From: Clostridia bacterium
Lineage (GTDB): Bacteria > Bacillota > Clostridia > CAKSNL01 > HGM11501
Reading direction: 5' to 3'
Assembly: GCA_045545475.1 (NCBI GenBank)
Contig: JAZQAZ010000014.1
Span: 10,938-74,937 of the forward strand
Length of the DNA stretch: 64,000 bases
The translations under genes were made by a program, and so were the position numbers. The notes below the pieces were generated by a model. It was not told where the DNA came from. It worked only from the letters and a program-made list of their open reading frames with translations, and did not search any database. Positions 1 through 9,275 of this stretch are shown one piece after another (the first letter of the stretch is position 1; every line of letters begins with the position of its first letter).

Positions 1-1087
1 TTTCAATTCCTTTGACGACCAGCGAGCGATAGGGGATGCTGTAGGATTCACCGTTTTCGTGACGCATTGAAATAGCCTTTGCAAAGCCCTTTACACCGTT
101 TTTGTCGGCACTCATCGGATGAATGTCCACGGGGTAGGAATAGCGGCCTATTTCATCGGGAAAGGCTTCTTTCATAAAGAAGGTGTCGGTTGTCAGCATA
201 TATTCGCATATCACTCTTCTTGACTCTCTTATTCCGAGAAAGTCGGCACTTTTTATTAAAACCGCATTTTCCGCACCGGGAACATAATTTCTGTAATAGG
301 TTTCGTATTCCGAAAGAATTTTACGCCCCTTAAACATTGCATCGGTAATGCTTTCTGTATCGGTGTCTTTGACCTTGAAGCAATGACCGACGTTGCCGAA
401 GCCTACACCGACTTCGGGGAAGTTTGGCTTAATTCCGGGAAGAATGGGGTCGTACTGAGAAAACACCCCTTCGCGGTAGGCCTTTTCATAATCGCCTTCG
501 CTTTTTTTCTTTTCAAAATCAACCCCGCCCCAGACAGAGCATAGTGTGGTGCTCATGGTGTTGCCGTCTTCATCGCCGTAATGGAAGGATGCTCCTGCAA
601 GGAAAGACAAAAATCCCTGCCCGGTGCAGTCGATAAATACCTTTGCACTTATTGCAAAACTGCCTTCAGGTGAGGATAAAACAGCGTGAGTTATTTTATC
701 GCCCTCTTTTATAACATCGGTAAGGTGCGTATAGAAAAGCACTTTAACGCCTGATGATAAGGTGAGGTCATCGTATATCAGTTTTAATTTTTCTGGTCTT
801 ACATTGTGCCAGGAGCGGTTATAGGAATGGGAATAGCCCAAGCGGTCATAAACTTCTCTTCCTATACCTTTTGAAAGAAAGTTTACCCCGTCGTCAAAAT
901 TCATAAGCTCGGGAACGCCTGAAAGCATACTGCTTCCGCCGATTACGCCGGACTGCTCGGAAAGAATAACCTTCATTCCGCATCTTGCGGCACAAACTGC
1001 CGCCGCAAAGCCGGATGGCCCTGCACCCGCTACAAAAACATCCGCATCATATTTGACATTGATGCTTTTGGAATAGCAAATTTCCAT
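1..1087 (-). CDS. FAD-dependent oxidoreductase (partial, C-terminus beyond window start)
   Basis: Minus-strand ORF starting at the ATG at 1085-1087 with RBS AAGGA upstream. Translation begins MEICYSKSINVKYDADVFVAGAGPSGFAAAVCAA, a GxGxxG dinucleotide-binding motif. It runs off the window edge and is absent from the ORF track because there is no stop. Confidence 0.75.
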   Translation of the reverse strand, partial: MEICYSKSINVKYDADVFVAGAGPSGFAAAVCAARCGMKVILSEQSGVIGGSSMLSGVPELMNFDDGVNFLSKGIGREVYDRLGYSHSYNRSWHNVRPEKLKLIYDDLTLSSGVKVLFYTHLTDVIKEGDKITHAVLSSPEGSFAISAKVFIDCTGQGFLSFLAGASFHYGDEDGNTMSTTLCSVWGGVDFEKKKSEGDYEKAYREGVFSQYDPILPGIKPNFPEVGVGFGNVGHCFKVKDTDTESITDAMFKGRKILSEYETYYRNYVPGAENAVLIKSADFLGIRESRRVICEYMLTTDTFFMKEAFPDEIGRYSYPVDIHPMSADKNGVKGFAKAISMRHENGESYSIPYRSLVVKGIE

Positions 1088-1396
1088 ATAATCACATCCT
1101 TTAATTAAAGTATAACCGAAAAAATAATATTGTCAATCATATAGGAAAAAATGACAATTTTTTAATAGGATAGGTCAATTTGAGTATAAATACACAAAAG
1201 AGGGGCGGGGAGAAAGCCTTTTTTAAACTTATTGGTAAATTTTTCACAAAAAGTAATTTTTATGAAAAAAAACATTGATTTATTAAATGTTTTATAGTAT
1301 AATTAAAATAATAATTATAATGGGAAAAAATCGATTTATAATTGTTTTTAAGAAGGTATATAATAACCAAAGGTTAATTTTGAAAGGAGATTTGTT

Positions 1397-3193
1397 ATGG
1401 CATTAACAAACAACAAGGCAGTTTTAGCTTGGCTTGATGAAATGGCAGCTATGACTAAGCCGGCAGAAATCGTTTGGATCGACGGATCCGAAGCACAGCT
1501 TGAAGAGCTTCGTAAGGAAGCTGTATCAACCGGCGAAATGATTAAGCTTAATGAAGAGCTTCTTCCCGGCTGCTACTACCACAGAACTGCAGAAAACGAC
1601 GTTGCAAGAGTAGAGGACAGAACCTTTATCTGCACACCCACTAAAGAAGAAGCAGGCCCCATCAACAACTGGATGGATCCTAAAGAAATGTACGCAAAGC
1701 TTTCTAAGCTTTATGACGGCTCTATGGTTGGAAGAACAATGTATGTTATTCCTTACTCCATGGGTCCTGTTGGCTCTCCCTTCTCAAAAATCGGTGTTGA
1801 GCTTACAGACAGTATCTATGTTGTATTGAACATGGCTATTATGACAAGAATCGGTAAGGCTGTTATGGATTCTCTCGGTGACAGCGACGATTTCGTTAAG
1901 TGCTTACACGCAAAGAAAGACGTAAATCCCGATGACAGATACATCGTTCAGTTCCCCCAGGATAAGACAATCTGGTCTATCAACTCTGCTTACGGCGGAA
2001 ACGTACTCTTAGGTAAGAAGTGCTTCGCTCTCCGTATTGCATCCTATCTTGGTATGCAGGAAGGCTGGATGGCAGAGCATATGCTTATCTTAGGTCTTGA
2101 AAATCCCAAGGGAGAGGTTAAGTACATCTGTGCTGCATTCCCCTCTGCCTGCGGTAAGACAAACCTTGCAATGCTTATTCCTCCCGAGTATTTACAGAAG
2201 AAGGGCTACAAGGTTTGGACAGTTGGTGACGATATTGCATGGCTCAGAATCGGTAAGGACGGAAGACTCTATGCAATCAACCCCGAAGCAGGTTTCTTCG
2301 GTGTTGCTCCAGGTACCAGCGAAAAGACAAACTTCAACGCTCTTGCTGCAACAAAGAAGAACACAATCTTCACAAACGTTGCAATCAACAATGACGATAT
2401 GACAGTTTGGTGGGAAGGTCTCGACAAGAATCCTCCCGAAAATGCAACAGAGTGGAAGGGTGCTAAGGTTAACGGTAAGGAATTTACTGCTGACGGTAAC
2501 AAGCTTGCTCATCCCAACTCACGTTTCACAGCTCCCGCTGTAAACTGCCCCTGCATTTCACCTGAATTTGAAAATCCCGAAGGTGTTCCGATTTCCGCTA
2601 TCGTATTCGGCGGCCGTCGGGCTAAGTGTGCACCGTTAGTATATCAGTCAAGAGACTGGACACACGGTACCTTCGTTGGTGCTACAATGGCATCCGAGAC
2701 AACTGCAGCTGCTGCAGGTGCTGTTGGTGTAGTTCGCCGTGACCCCATGGCTATGAAGCCCTTCGTTGGCTACAATATGGCTGATTACTGGAATCACTGG
2801 CTTGAAATGGGTAAAAAGCTTGGCGACAAGGCTCCTGAAATTTTCCACGTTAACTGGTTCCGTAAGGATGAGAACGACGACTTTATGTGGCCCGGATTCG
2901 GTGACAACATGAGAGTTCTTCTCTGGATACTTGACCGTTGCGAAGGTAAGGTTGGTGCTAAGGAAACAGCTATCGGTTATGTTCCCGAAATCAAGGACCT
3001 CGACGTTGAAGGTCTTGGCATTTCCGAAGAAAAGCTCGCTGAGCTTCTTGCAATCGACAAGCAGAACTGGATCGACGATGTTGAAGATCCCGCTACAGGT
3101 ATCAAGGCATACTTCGCTCAGTTCGGAGATAAGCTTCCCGCTGCCATCAAGGCTGAACTTGAAAAGCTTGAAGCAAACCTTAACAATATGTAA
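1397..3193 (+). CDS. pckG: Phosphoenolpyruvate carboxykinase (GTP)
   Basis: 598 aa. FPSACGKTN kinase-1a motif, NPEAGFFGVAPGT and the overall layout of GTP-PEPCK. Strong RBS GAAAGGAGA upstream. Confidence 0.95.
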   Translation: MALTNNKAVLAWLDEMAAMTKPAEIVWIDGSEAQLEELRKEAVSTGEMIKLNEELLPGCYYHRTAENDVARVEDRTFICTPTKEEAGPINNWMDPKEMYAKLSKLYDGSMVGRTMYVIPYSMGPVGSPFSKIGVELTDSIYVVLNMAIMTRIGKAVMDSLGDSDDFVKCLHAKKDVNPDDRYIVQFPQDKTIWSINSAYGGNVLLGKKCFALRIASYLGMQEGWMAEHMLILGLENPKGEVKYICAAFPSACGKTNLAMLIPPEYLQKKGYKVWTVGDDIAWLRIGKDGRLYAINPEAGFFGVAPGTSEKTNFNALAATKKNTIFTNVAINNDDMTVWWEGLDKNPPENATEWKGAKVNGKEFTADGNKLAHPNSRFTAPAVNCPCISPEFENPEGVPISAIVFGGRRAKCAPLVYQSRDWTHGTFVGATMASETTAAAAGAVGVVRRDPMAMKPFVGYNMADYWNHWLEMGKKLGDKAPEIFHVNWFRKDENDDFMWPGFGDNMRVLLWILDRCEGKVGAKETAIGYVPEIKDLDVEGLGISEEKLAELLAIDKQNWIDDVEDPATGIKAYFAQFGDKLPAAIKAELEKLEANLNNM

Positions 3194-3209
3194 TTTAAGC
3201 CTTAAAGGC

Positions 3210-3243
3210 AAAAAACCTCGGTGTAATACACCGAGGTTTTTTA
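3210..3243. terminator. Bidirectional rho-independent terminator between pckG and the convergent AraC gene
   Basis: A-run, then hairpin cctcggtgta/tacaccgagg (3216-3236), then T-run. Confidence 0.8.
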
Positions 3244-4035
3244 TTTTAAATATTCATTTTGGTGTTGCTTTCTGAATTGTGCAGGAGAAAAATTTTCTTC
3301 GGACTTAAAAATTGATGTCATATATTGCTGGGTCTTAAATCCGGAGCACTCCGCAATTTCAGATAGGGGAAGGTTAGTTGTAATTAAAAGGTTTTTAACC
3401 ATACTTACACGGCACTCGGTTAAATATTCACGGGGAGTAATTCTGCAAACTTCCGTGAAAATGGTGTGGAAATAGTTAGGACTTAAATTTACTTCTCTGG
3501 CAATATCGGAAAGCTTTATCTGCCTGCTGCAATTGTTCTTTATAAAGCTTTGAGCCTGAGCGGTAATTGCACGTTTATAGGATTGCGTTTTCTGAGAGTT
3601 CATTGCTTCTTCAATCAACAAGGATATGTAGGTTAAAAGCTTTCCCTGAAGCAGAATTTCGTTATCCTCCTTTGAGGCGTGAAGAGTTATTATTTCATCA
3701 AGCAAGGACAAAATTTCAAAAGAGCGATTCATATTAAAATATCGGGGAACAGAAGAAAGCATTTCTATAATCTTTCCTTCTGCCCGAAACTTAATATATT
3801 TTGCTTTGAAAGGAAGTTCGCTGTTTCTGACATCTCCGGGTAAAGAAAGGAAAACATGGTTTTTTCGTATGGGAAAAGCCTCATTGTTTAAGAAAATATT
3901 TTTTCCATCTTCTAAAAAATGCTCTACCTCAACCATGGTGCACCTCCGCTTGGGCGTTACTTTTGCGGAAGAAAAAAGACTGCTGTCGTAATATCCGCAC
4001 ATTAAGAGTTCGGGTAATATTAATTCGCTTGACAT
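3241..4035 (-). CDS. AraC family transcriptional regulator
   Basis: C-terminal dual HTH typical of AraC/XylS (IKLSDIAREVNLSPNYFHTIF...ITPREYL...LLITTNLPLSEIAECSGFKTQQYMTSIFK). The N-terminal region is cupin/effector-domain-like. Confidence 0.85.
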   Translation of the reverse strand: MSSELILPELLMCGYYDSSLFSSAKVTPKRRCTMVEVEHFLEDGKNIFLNNEAFPIRKNHVFLSLPGDVRNSELPFKAKYIKFRAEGKIIEMLSSVPRYFNMNRSFEILSLLDEIITLHASKEDNEILLQGKLLTYISLLIEEAMNSQKTQSYKRAITAQAQSFIKNNCSRQIKLSDIAREVNLSPNYFHTIFTEVCRITPREYLTECRVSMVKNLLITTNLPLSEIAECSGFKTQQYMTSIFKSEENFSPAQFRKQHQNEYLK

Positions 4036-4198
4036 AATGTCCTCCTTAAACCTAATCGTAAGATTTTATAAAAATAAAGTTTTATTTTATATTGAATAAA
4101 TTTTGGCAAAGCTTTATAATTAGGGTATAACACCTTTATTCGTAAAAGTCAAGAGGAAAGAGAAATATTATAAAAATATAATGGCAGGAAGTGGGAAA

Positions 4199-5602
4199 AT
4201 GGAAAGATTAAAAAAGCTCGGAACACTTAGATGCGTTTCATCAATAGAGGTATCAGAGTCACCTATGGGCCTTGGAATGGAAAAGCTTGACCGTGATGCC
4301 TTCGATCCCGAAAAAGTATATGATAAAGTGGCATCCCTTGGCGTCAAATGGATAAGAATACAGTCGGGATGGCAAAAGACAGAGAAAAAAGAGGGCGTTT
4401 ATGATTTTTCCTGGCTTGACAGTCAGGTTGATAACCTTATTTCCCGTGGTCTTAAACCCTGGCTTTGCCTTTGCTATGGGAACTCCTTGTATGACGATCT
4501 GGCAAAAGAATATTACGGTGCCGTTGGTTGCCCTCCCATAAGAACTAAAAAAGCATATGATGCGTGGCTTCGTTATGTGGGTGAAACCGCACGACACTTT
4601 AAAGGTAGAATAGAGTACTACGAAATATGGAACGAGCCTGAAGGGGGATGGACCTGGAGACCACATCCAAATCCTTTGGAATATACGGAGTTTGCTGTAA
4701 AGACAGGTAAGGTTATAAAAGAAAATGACGAATCAGCCAAAGTTTTGACAGGCTCGCACTATGAGGATTCCTTGTCTGCTTTCAATGAAGAATTTGCATC
4801 GGGAATATTGGAGGTTACAGACGGGGTTACATATCACTCCTATAATTATGACGAAAGCACTTCCATGCAGAAAGCAAAGGCTATAAAGGCTTTGGCTGAA
4901 AGCTATGGTAAGGACATAGATGTTATTCAGGGGGAGATGGGGTCTCAATCCAAAAGCGGAGGAAACGGTGCTCTTAACTGGGTAAGGACAAACCCCGATA
5001 TGCAGACAAAATATCTTCTTCGTCACATTGTGGGTGAAATAATGTCGGGAGTTTTGTTTACATCGGTATTTTCAGCCGTTGATATGGCAGAAAACCTTGA
5101 TGCAAAAGCAGATGGGCCTATAACTACCTGCGGATATTTCGGTCTGCTCGGTGCGGAATTTGACAGCAAAACGGGAACTTTGGTTGGCGATTATTATGAA
5201 AAGCCATCCTATTATGCATTCCGAAATCTTTGTGCACTCTTTAACGGGAAAATAACACCTGCATACATTCCTTCCATATTCACACCGGGAAGGTCAATAA
5301 GAATAGATGGTTTTGATACCCCTACAAAGGAAATAATTTCAGGCGGTCTTTCAAAAGAAAACGGAGCAAAGGCTTTTTGCTACTGGAATTCTACAAATCT
5401 TGTAACCTGCCACGGCTTTGAAGGAAGTGCTACATTTGAACTTTCGGGAGTTTCGGGAGAAGTAAGACTTATTGACCCTATGGACGGCTCAATTTACGAA
5501 ATCGGCGAAAAAATCATGCAGGATAAGGGAAACGGACTTTTTAAGTTCACCAATATTCCTGTCAAGGACTATCCTCTTATTATTACTTTCGGGGAGTTTT
5601 AA
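4199..5602 (+). CDS. Glycoside hydrolase, clan GH-A (GH5/GH39-like), cytoplasmic
   Basis: YYEIWNEPEG motif, the NEP catalytic acid/base signature of clan GH-A TIM-barrel hydrolases. No signal peptide. The start is ambiguous: ATG at 4181 is in frame, while ATG at 4199 has a better RBS. Confidence 0.7.
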   Translation: MERLKKLGTLRCVSSIEVSESPMGLGMEKLDRDAFDPEKVYDKVASLGVKWIRIQSGWQKTEKKEGVYDFSWLDSQVDNLISRGLKPWLCLCYGNSLYDDLAKEYYGAVGCPPIRTKKAYDAWLRYVGETARHFKGRIEYYEIWNEPEGGWTWRPHPNPLEYTEFAVKTGKVIKENDESAKVLTGSHYEDSLSAFNEEFASGILEVTDGVTYHSYNYDESTSMQKAKAIKALAESYGKDIDVIQGEMGSQSKSGGNGALNWVRTNPDMQTKYLLRHIVGEIMSGVLFTSVFSAVDMAENLDAKADGPITTCGYFGLLGAEFDSKTGTLVGDYYEKPSYYAFRNLCALFNGKITPAYIPSIFTPGRSIRIDGFDTPTKEIISGGLSKENGAKAFCYWNSTNLVTCHGFEGSATFELSGVSGEVRLIDPMDGSIYEIGEKIMQDKGNGLFKFTNIPVKDYPLIITFGEF

Positions 5603-5604
5603 TT

Positions 5605-6987
5605 ATGAAGATTAATTACGGACTTTTAAACGGTGCGGTTTTGCAAAGAGATGAAAATGGTTTTTGCAAGTGCATTTTTGGGGCAGAAGCTTTTGGAGAA
5701 ATAAAAACTTCTTTGGGGAAATTTGAAAAGATTAATGAAAATGCTTATATCCTTTCCGGCATCCCCATAGGTGGACCTTATGAAATAATTATATCGGACG
5801 ATAAGGAAAGCTTAACACTTTCTGATATCTATGTGGGAGATTTATGGCTTTTAGCAGGTCAGTCCAATATGGAAGGGGCAGGAAAACACAGAGGAAAATA
5901 TAAGCTCTACGATGAAAATCCCCTTGCAGATGTCCGCGCCTACTATATGAACGAAAGCTGGGGTGCGGCAAAAACACAGCTTCACCAGCTTTGGGAATCT
6001 ATAGATGAATGCATAAGGGCTCCTTACAGAAACTATAGAAAAAAATCTCCTTGGGGAGAAGAATTCCCAAAGGTGCAAACTGACGGAGTGGGTCCCGGAT
6101 TATATTTTGCTCTTGAAATGAGAAAGCTGACAGAGGGTGTGCCTCAGGGAGTTATACCCTGCGGTGTCGGTGGGTCAAACTTAAAGCAATGGGATCCCGA
6201 TGGGGTTGATAATCTCTATAGTGCTGCAAAACGCCGTGTTAAAGAATGCGGAAGCTACATAAAGGGCGTTTTCTGGCATCAGGGTGAGTCTCAGACCGAC
6301 ATACCGGGAATAGAAAGCTTTATAAGCGATATGAAAAAGCTTGTTTCGGGAATGAGAAGGGACTTCTGTGATGAAAAACTTCCCTTTGTAGAGGTGCAGA
6401 TAAATAAATTTGTGGCGTGCTACAGCGATATTCCATGGAGCAGAACCAGAGAATTGCAACGAATACTTGAAAACTACATAGATAATCTTATAACGGTTTA
6501 TTCTGTTGATCTGGAATTGGATGACCTTATTCATCTTTCGAGCGAATCTCACGAGATACTCGGATTTAGGGCGGCAGAAGCTATGAATTATCTGATTACA
6601 GGAAAAGGCGAGGCGTCTCCCTCCTTTGATTCCTTTGAAATTGTGGAAGATGACTTTGTACCCTTTCGTTCAAATATCCGTGTTAATTTCAAAAACATCA
6701 AAGGGGAACTTACTTCCCTTGGAGTACCGTCCGGATTTTCAATTCACGAAAAGGAAGACGGTGCACCCCTTCGTGCTGTTTCAAGGCTTTGTCTTGAAGG
6801 AGATTCTGTAAGAATTAAAACGGAAATAGATGCTGAAAAGCTGAGCGAATGTTATATATGCTATGGATTCGGCAACAGCTTTTACTGTAATATTACAGAT
6901 ACCGGGAGAAGAAGCATTCCTGCATTCGGACCTCTTAAAATAAAAGATTTTTTGAAAAAGGAGAAAGACTATGGAAGCAATTTATAA
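5605..6987 (+). CDS. Carbohydrate acetylesterase, SASA / DUF303 (sialate O-acetylesterase-like) family
   Basis: GDLWLLAGQSNMEGAG (GQSNMxG motif of the SASA family). No signal peptide. Its start lies 3 nt after the upstream stop. Confidence 0.75.
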   Translation: MKINYGLLNGAVLQRDENGFCKCIFGAEAFGEIKTSLGKFEKINENAYILSGIPIGGPYEIIISDDKESLTLSDIYVGDLWLLAGQSNMEGAGKHRGKYKLYDENPLADVRAYYMNESWGAAKTQLHQLWESIDECIRAPYRNYRKKSPWGEEFPKVQTDGVGPGLYFALEMRKLTEGVPQGVIPCGVGGSNLKQWDPDGVDNLYSAAKRRVKECGSYIKGVFWHQGESQTDIPGIESFISDMKKLVSGMRRDFCDEKLPFVEVQINKFVACYSDIPWSRTRELQRILENYIDNLITVYSVDLELDDLIHLSSESHEILGFRAAEAMNYLITGKGEASPSFDSFEIVEDDFVPFRSNIRVNFKNIKGELTSLGVPSGFSIHEKEDGAPLRAVSRLCLEGDSVRIKTEIDAEKLSECYICYGFGNSFYCNITDTGRRSIPAFGPLKIKDFLKKEKDYGSNL

Positions 6988-8593
6988 AAAGGGTATAAAG
7001 TTTTCCGGCAACACCTATTATAAAGCCGATAAGGCTCGCTATGACATTTATTACGAAGATTGCATATACACCCAAGATAAAGTGTATTTTTCCTATACCA
7101 AATATGAAGGCGAGCCTATGGCGGTGGGCTTCTTTCTGGAAAATTTAGAAAATGTAACTCTTGATTTTAACGGGGCAACCCTGGTTTTTCACGGAAGGAT
7201 AATTCCCTTTATAATCAATAACTGCAAAAATGTAAAACTTAAAAATGTTAAAATAGATTACGACCGACCATTCTATACTCAGGGCAAGGTAATTGAGTGC
7301 GGTGAAGGTCGTATGAAGATAAAAATAGACGAAGGCTTCAGGTACAGAGTGGAGGACGGATTTCTTTATGCGGTAAGCGATATCTGGGAGAAAAAGCTTA
7401 ATTATAACGATTGTCTTCTCTGGCTTTACGACAGTACCGGCGTAAAAGAATATCCCATAATTTTAGGTTTGTTCGGCCCTGAAATATTCCCCTGTGAAAA
7501 ACCGCCCCTTCCCATAAGACAGATTTTAGTTGAAGAAGACGGGGAATACCTGATACTTAAAGGGAATTTCCCAGAAAGATGGGAAGCAAATGAAGGCAAC
7601 AACAGCCTTTTATTCACCCACGAGGTGCGTGATAAGTGTACTGTAATTGTGGTAAATTCGGAGGATACCTTCATCGAAGACTTCATCATTATCCACGGTG
7701 CTTCCTACGGAGTTATGGGTATGAACTGCAAGAATATGTACTTCGATAACTACAGTATGTACATTAATTATGAGGGTAACGGAAGACTTGTAACCAACAA
7801 TGCTGACGGTATTCATATATTCAACTGTAAGGGTGAGTTTGTGCTTAAAAATTCCCATATGGAAGGTCTGCTTGACGATACGGTTAACATCCATAATAAT
7901 TATATAAAGGTAATGAACTTTGAAGGAAAGAAACTTGTATGTAAATTCGTGGGAAAGAACGTGAAAATTGATTGCCCCATATTTGTTAAAGGAGACCGCA
8001 TTGCAATATATCGGGGCAGAACTCAGGAGAAAAGAGGAGAATACACCTTAGAGGATATTTTACTTGATTCTGAAAACGAACAGTTTGTATTTACTCTGGA
8101 TAAGGAAGTCGAGTACGTAGAGACCGGTGATATTGCAGAAAACCTTTCAAGTAATCCTACGATATTAATAGAAAATTGCAGGTTTGGTCGATTCAGAGGT
8201 ACGATGCGCCTGCAAAGCCGAGCTAAAACCATAATAAGAAACTCAGTATTTGATAATAAAACCGAGTCCGTAATTTTTACCGGTGATACAACCTATTGGT
8301 ATGAGTCGGGGCCGGTTAATGATTTTTTAATGGAAAACTGTAAATTGTTGAATACGGAATATTGTGCAAAAATTAATTTTTTAGGTGAAGTGGAATTTAC
8401 AGACAAGGAACCATATTATCATAAAAATATAACAGTGAGAAATTGTTATTTTGATAAGGGTAGAATCATTAATATAAACCACGTTGATAATTTCGTTTTT
8501 GAAGGAAATACTTCCTGCGGAGAAATGGAAATCTACGCAAGAGACTGCGGAAAATTAACCTCGGACGAAAATGTAGTGGTTCACTATGAGTAA
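6971..8593 (+). CDS. Right-handed parallel beta-helix repeat protein (putative glycoside hydrolase or polysaccharide lyase)
   Basis: 540 aa, cytoplasmic. Repeated NxDGIH / NNYI / NC-rich beta-helix-like segments (NADGIHIFNCKG, VNIHNNYIKV). Overlaps the upstream esterase by 17 nt, so likely in the same operon. Confidence 0.5.
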   Translation: MEAIYKKGIKFSGNTYYKADKARYDIYYEDCIYTQDKVYFSYTKYEGEPMAVGFFLENLENVTLDFNGATLVFHGRIIPFIINNCKNVKLKNVKIDYDRPFYTQGKVIECGEGRMKIKIDEGFRYRVEDGFLYAVSDIWEKKLNYNDCLLWLYDSTGVKEYPIILGLFGPEIFPCEKPPLPIRQILVEEDGEYLILKGNFPERWEANEGNNSLLFTHEVRDKCTVIVVNSEDTFIEDFIIIHGASYGVMGMNCKNMYFDNYSMYINYEGNGRLVTNNADGIHIFNCKGEFVLKNSHMEGLLDDTVNIHNNYIKVMNFEGKKLVCKFVGKNVKIDCPIFVKGDRIAIYRGRTQEKRGEYTLEDILLDSENEQFVFTLDKEVEYVETGDIAENLSSNPTILIENCRFGRFRGTMRLQSRAKTIIRNSVFDNKTESVIFTGDTTYWYESGPVNDFLMENCKLLNTEYCAKINFLGEVEFTDKEPYYHKNITVRNCYFDKGRIININHVDNFVFEGNTSCGEMEIYARDCGKLTSDENVVVHYE

Positions 8594-8595
8594 AC

Positions 8596-8630
8596 AAAAA
8601 ACCGTCTTGCATTGCAGGACGGTTTTTTAT
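8596..8630 (+). terminator. Rho-independent terminator
   Basis: ccgtcttgc-attg-gcaggacgg hairpin followed by TTTTTT. Confidence 0.75.
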
Positions 8631-8783
8631 GCTAATTGGTTGACAAAGCATTTTCCCTCATGTTAAAATAAAACAGAAGAAAATAATATTTGCATTTAAG
8701 TTTGAATTTTTGAAAAAAGTTCAAACTTAAATGCAACCTTTCCCGATTCTCGTTTGTATTATACATGAAGGGAGGAAATTCCT

Positions 8784-9275
8784 ATGCAAAAAACGGTCTG
8801 CGCAGACGTTTTTAAGCATGATATGACCAATAAATACTTCGATATGGTATACCGTCTGGCCTTAAACCAGATGAAGGATAAACACATGGCCGAAGATGTG
8901 ACTCAGGATGTATTCGTAAAATACATAAATTCCGACAAGGATTTTGAAAGTGAAGAACACGTTAAAGCGTGGCTCATAAGGGTTACGGTAAATATGTGCA
9001 AAAATGTGTTCAATTCAGCATGGTATAAAAAATCGGCACCGCTTGAGGAAGATATTCCGGAGGAAGAAAAAGAAATAAGCGACTTGTATGAAGAAGTTTT
9101 AAAGCTTCCTAAAAAATATAAGGCGGTAATCCACCTCTTTTACTACGAGGATATGCCGATAGCGGATATTGCAGCATGCCTTGGCGAAAAGGAATCCACC
9201 ATAAAAAGCCAGCTTCATAGAGCGAGGGAAATACTTAAAAAAACGCTGAAAGGAGGATGCGACTATGAATTTTAA
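8784..9275 (+). CDS. RNA polymerase sigma-70 family (ECF-type) sigma factor
   Basis: 163 aa. Region 2 (DVTQDVFVKYI...WLIRVTVNMCKN) and region 4 HTH (YYEDMPIADIAACLGEKESTIKSQLHRAREILKK). Confidence 0.85.
   Translation: MQKTVCADVFKHDMTNKYFDMVYRLALNQMKDKHMAEDVTQDVFVKYINSDKDFESEEHVKAWLIRVTVNMCKNVFNSAWYKKSAPLEEDIPEEEKEISDLYEEVLKLPKKYKAVIHLFYYEDMPIADIAACLGEKESTIKSQLHRAREILKKTLKGGCDYEF

Noticed and set aside
2097-3275. Several 60-190-aa ORFs on both strands inside pckG (2097..2402, 2192..2512, 2269..2502, 2648..3211, 2931..3275)
   Set aside because: They lie entirely within or antisense to the high-confidence PEPCK reading frame, have no RBS and are low-complexity, so they are frame-shadow ORFs. 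The same reasoning applies to the many short ORFs nested in glgP, glgB, the giant surface gene, the PBP and others.
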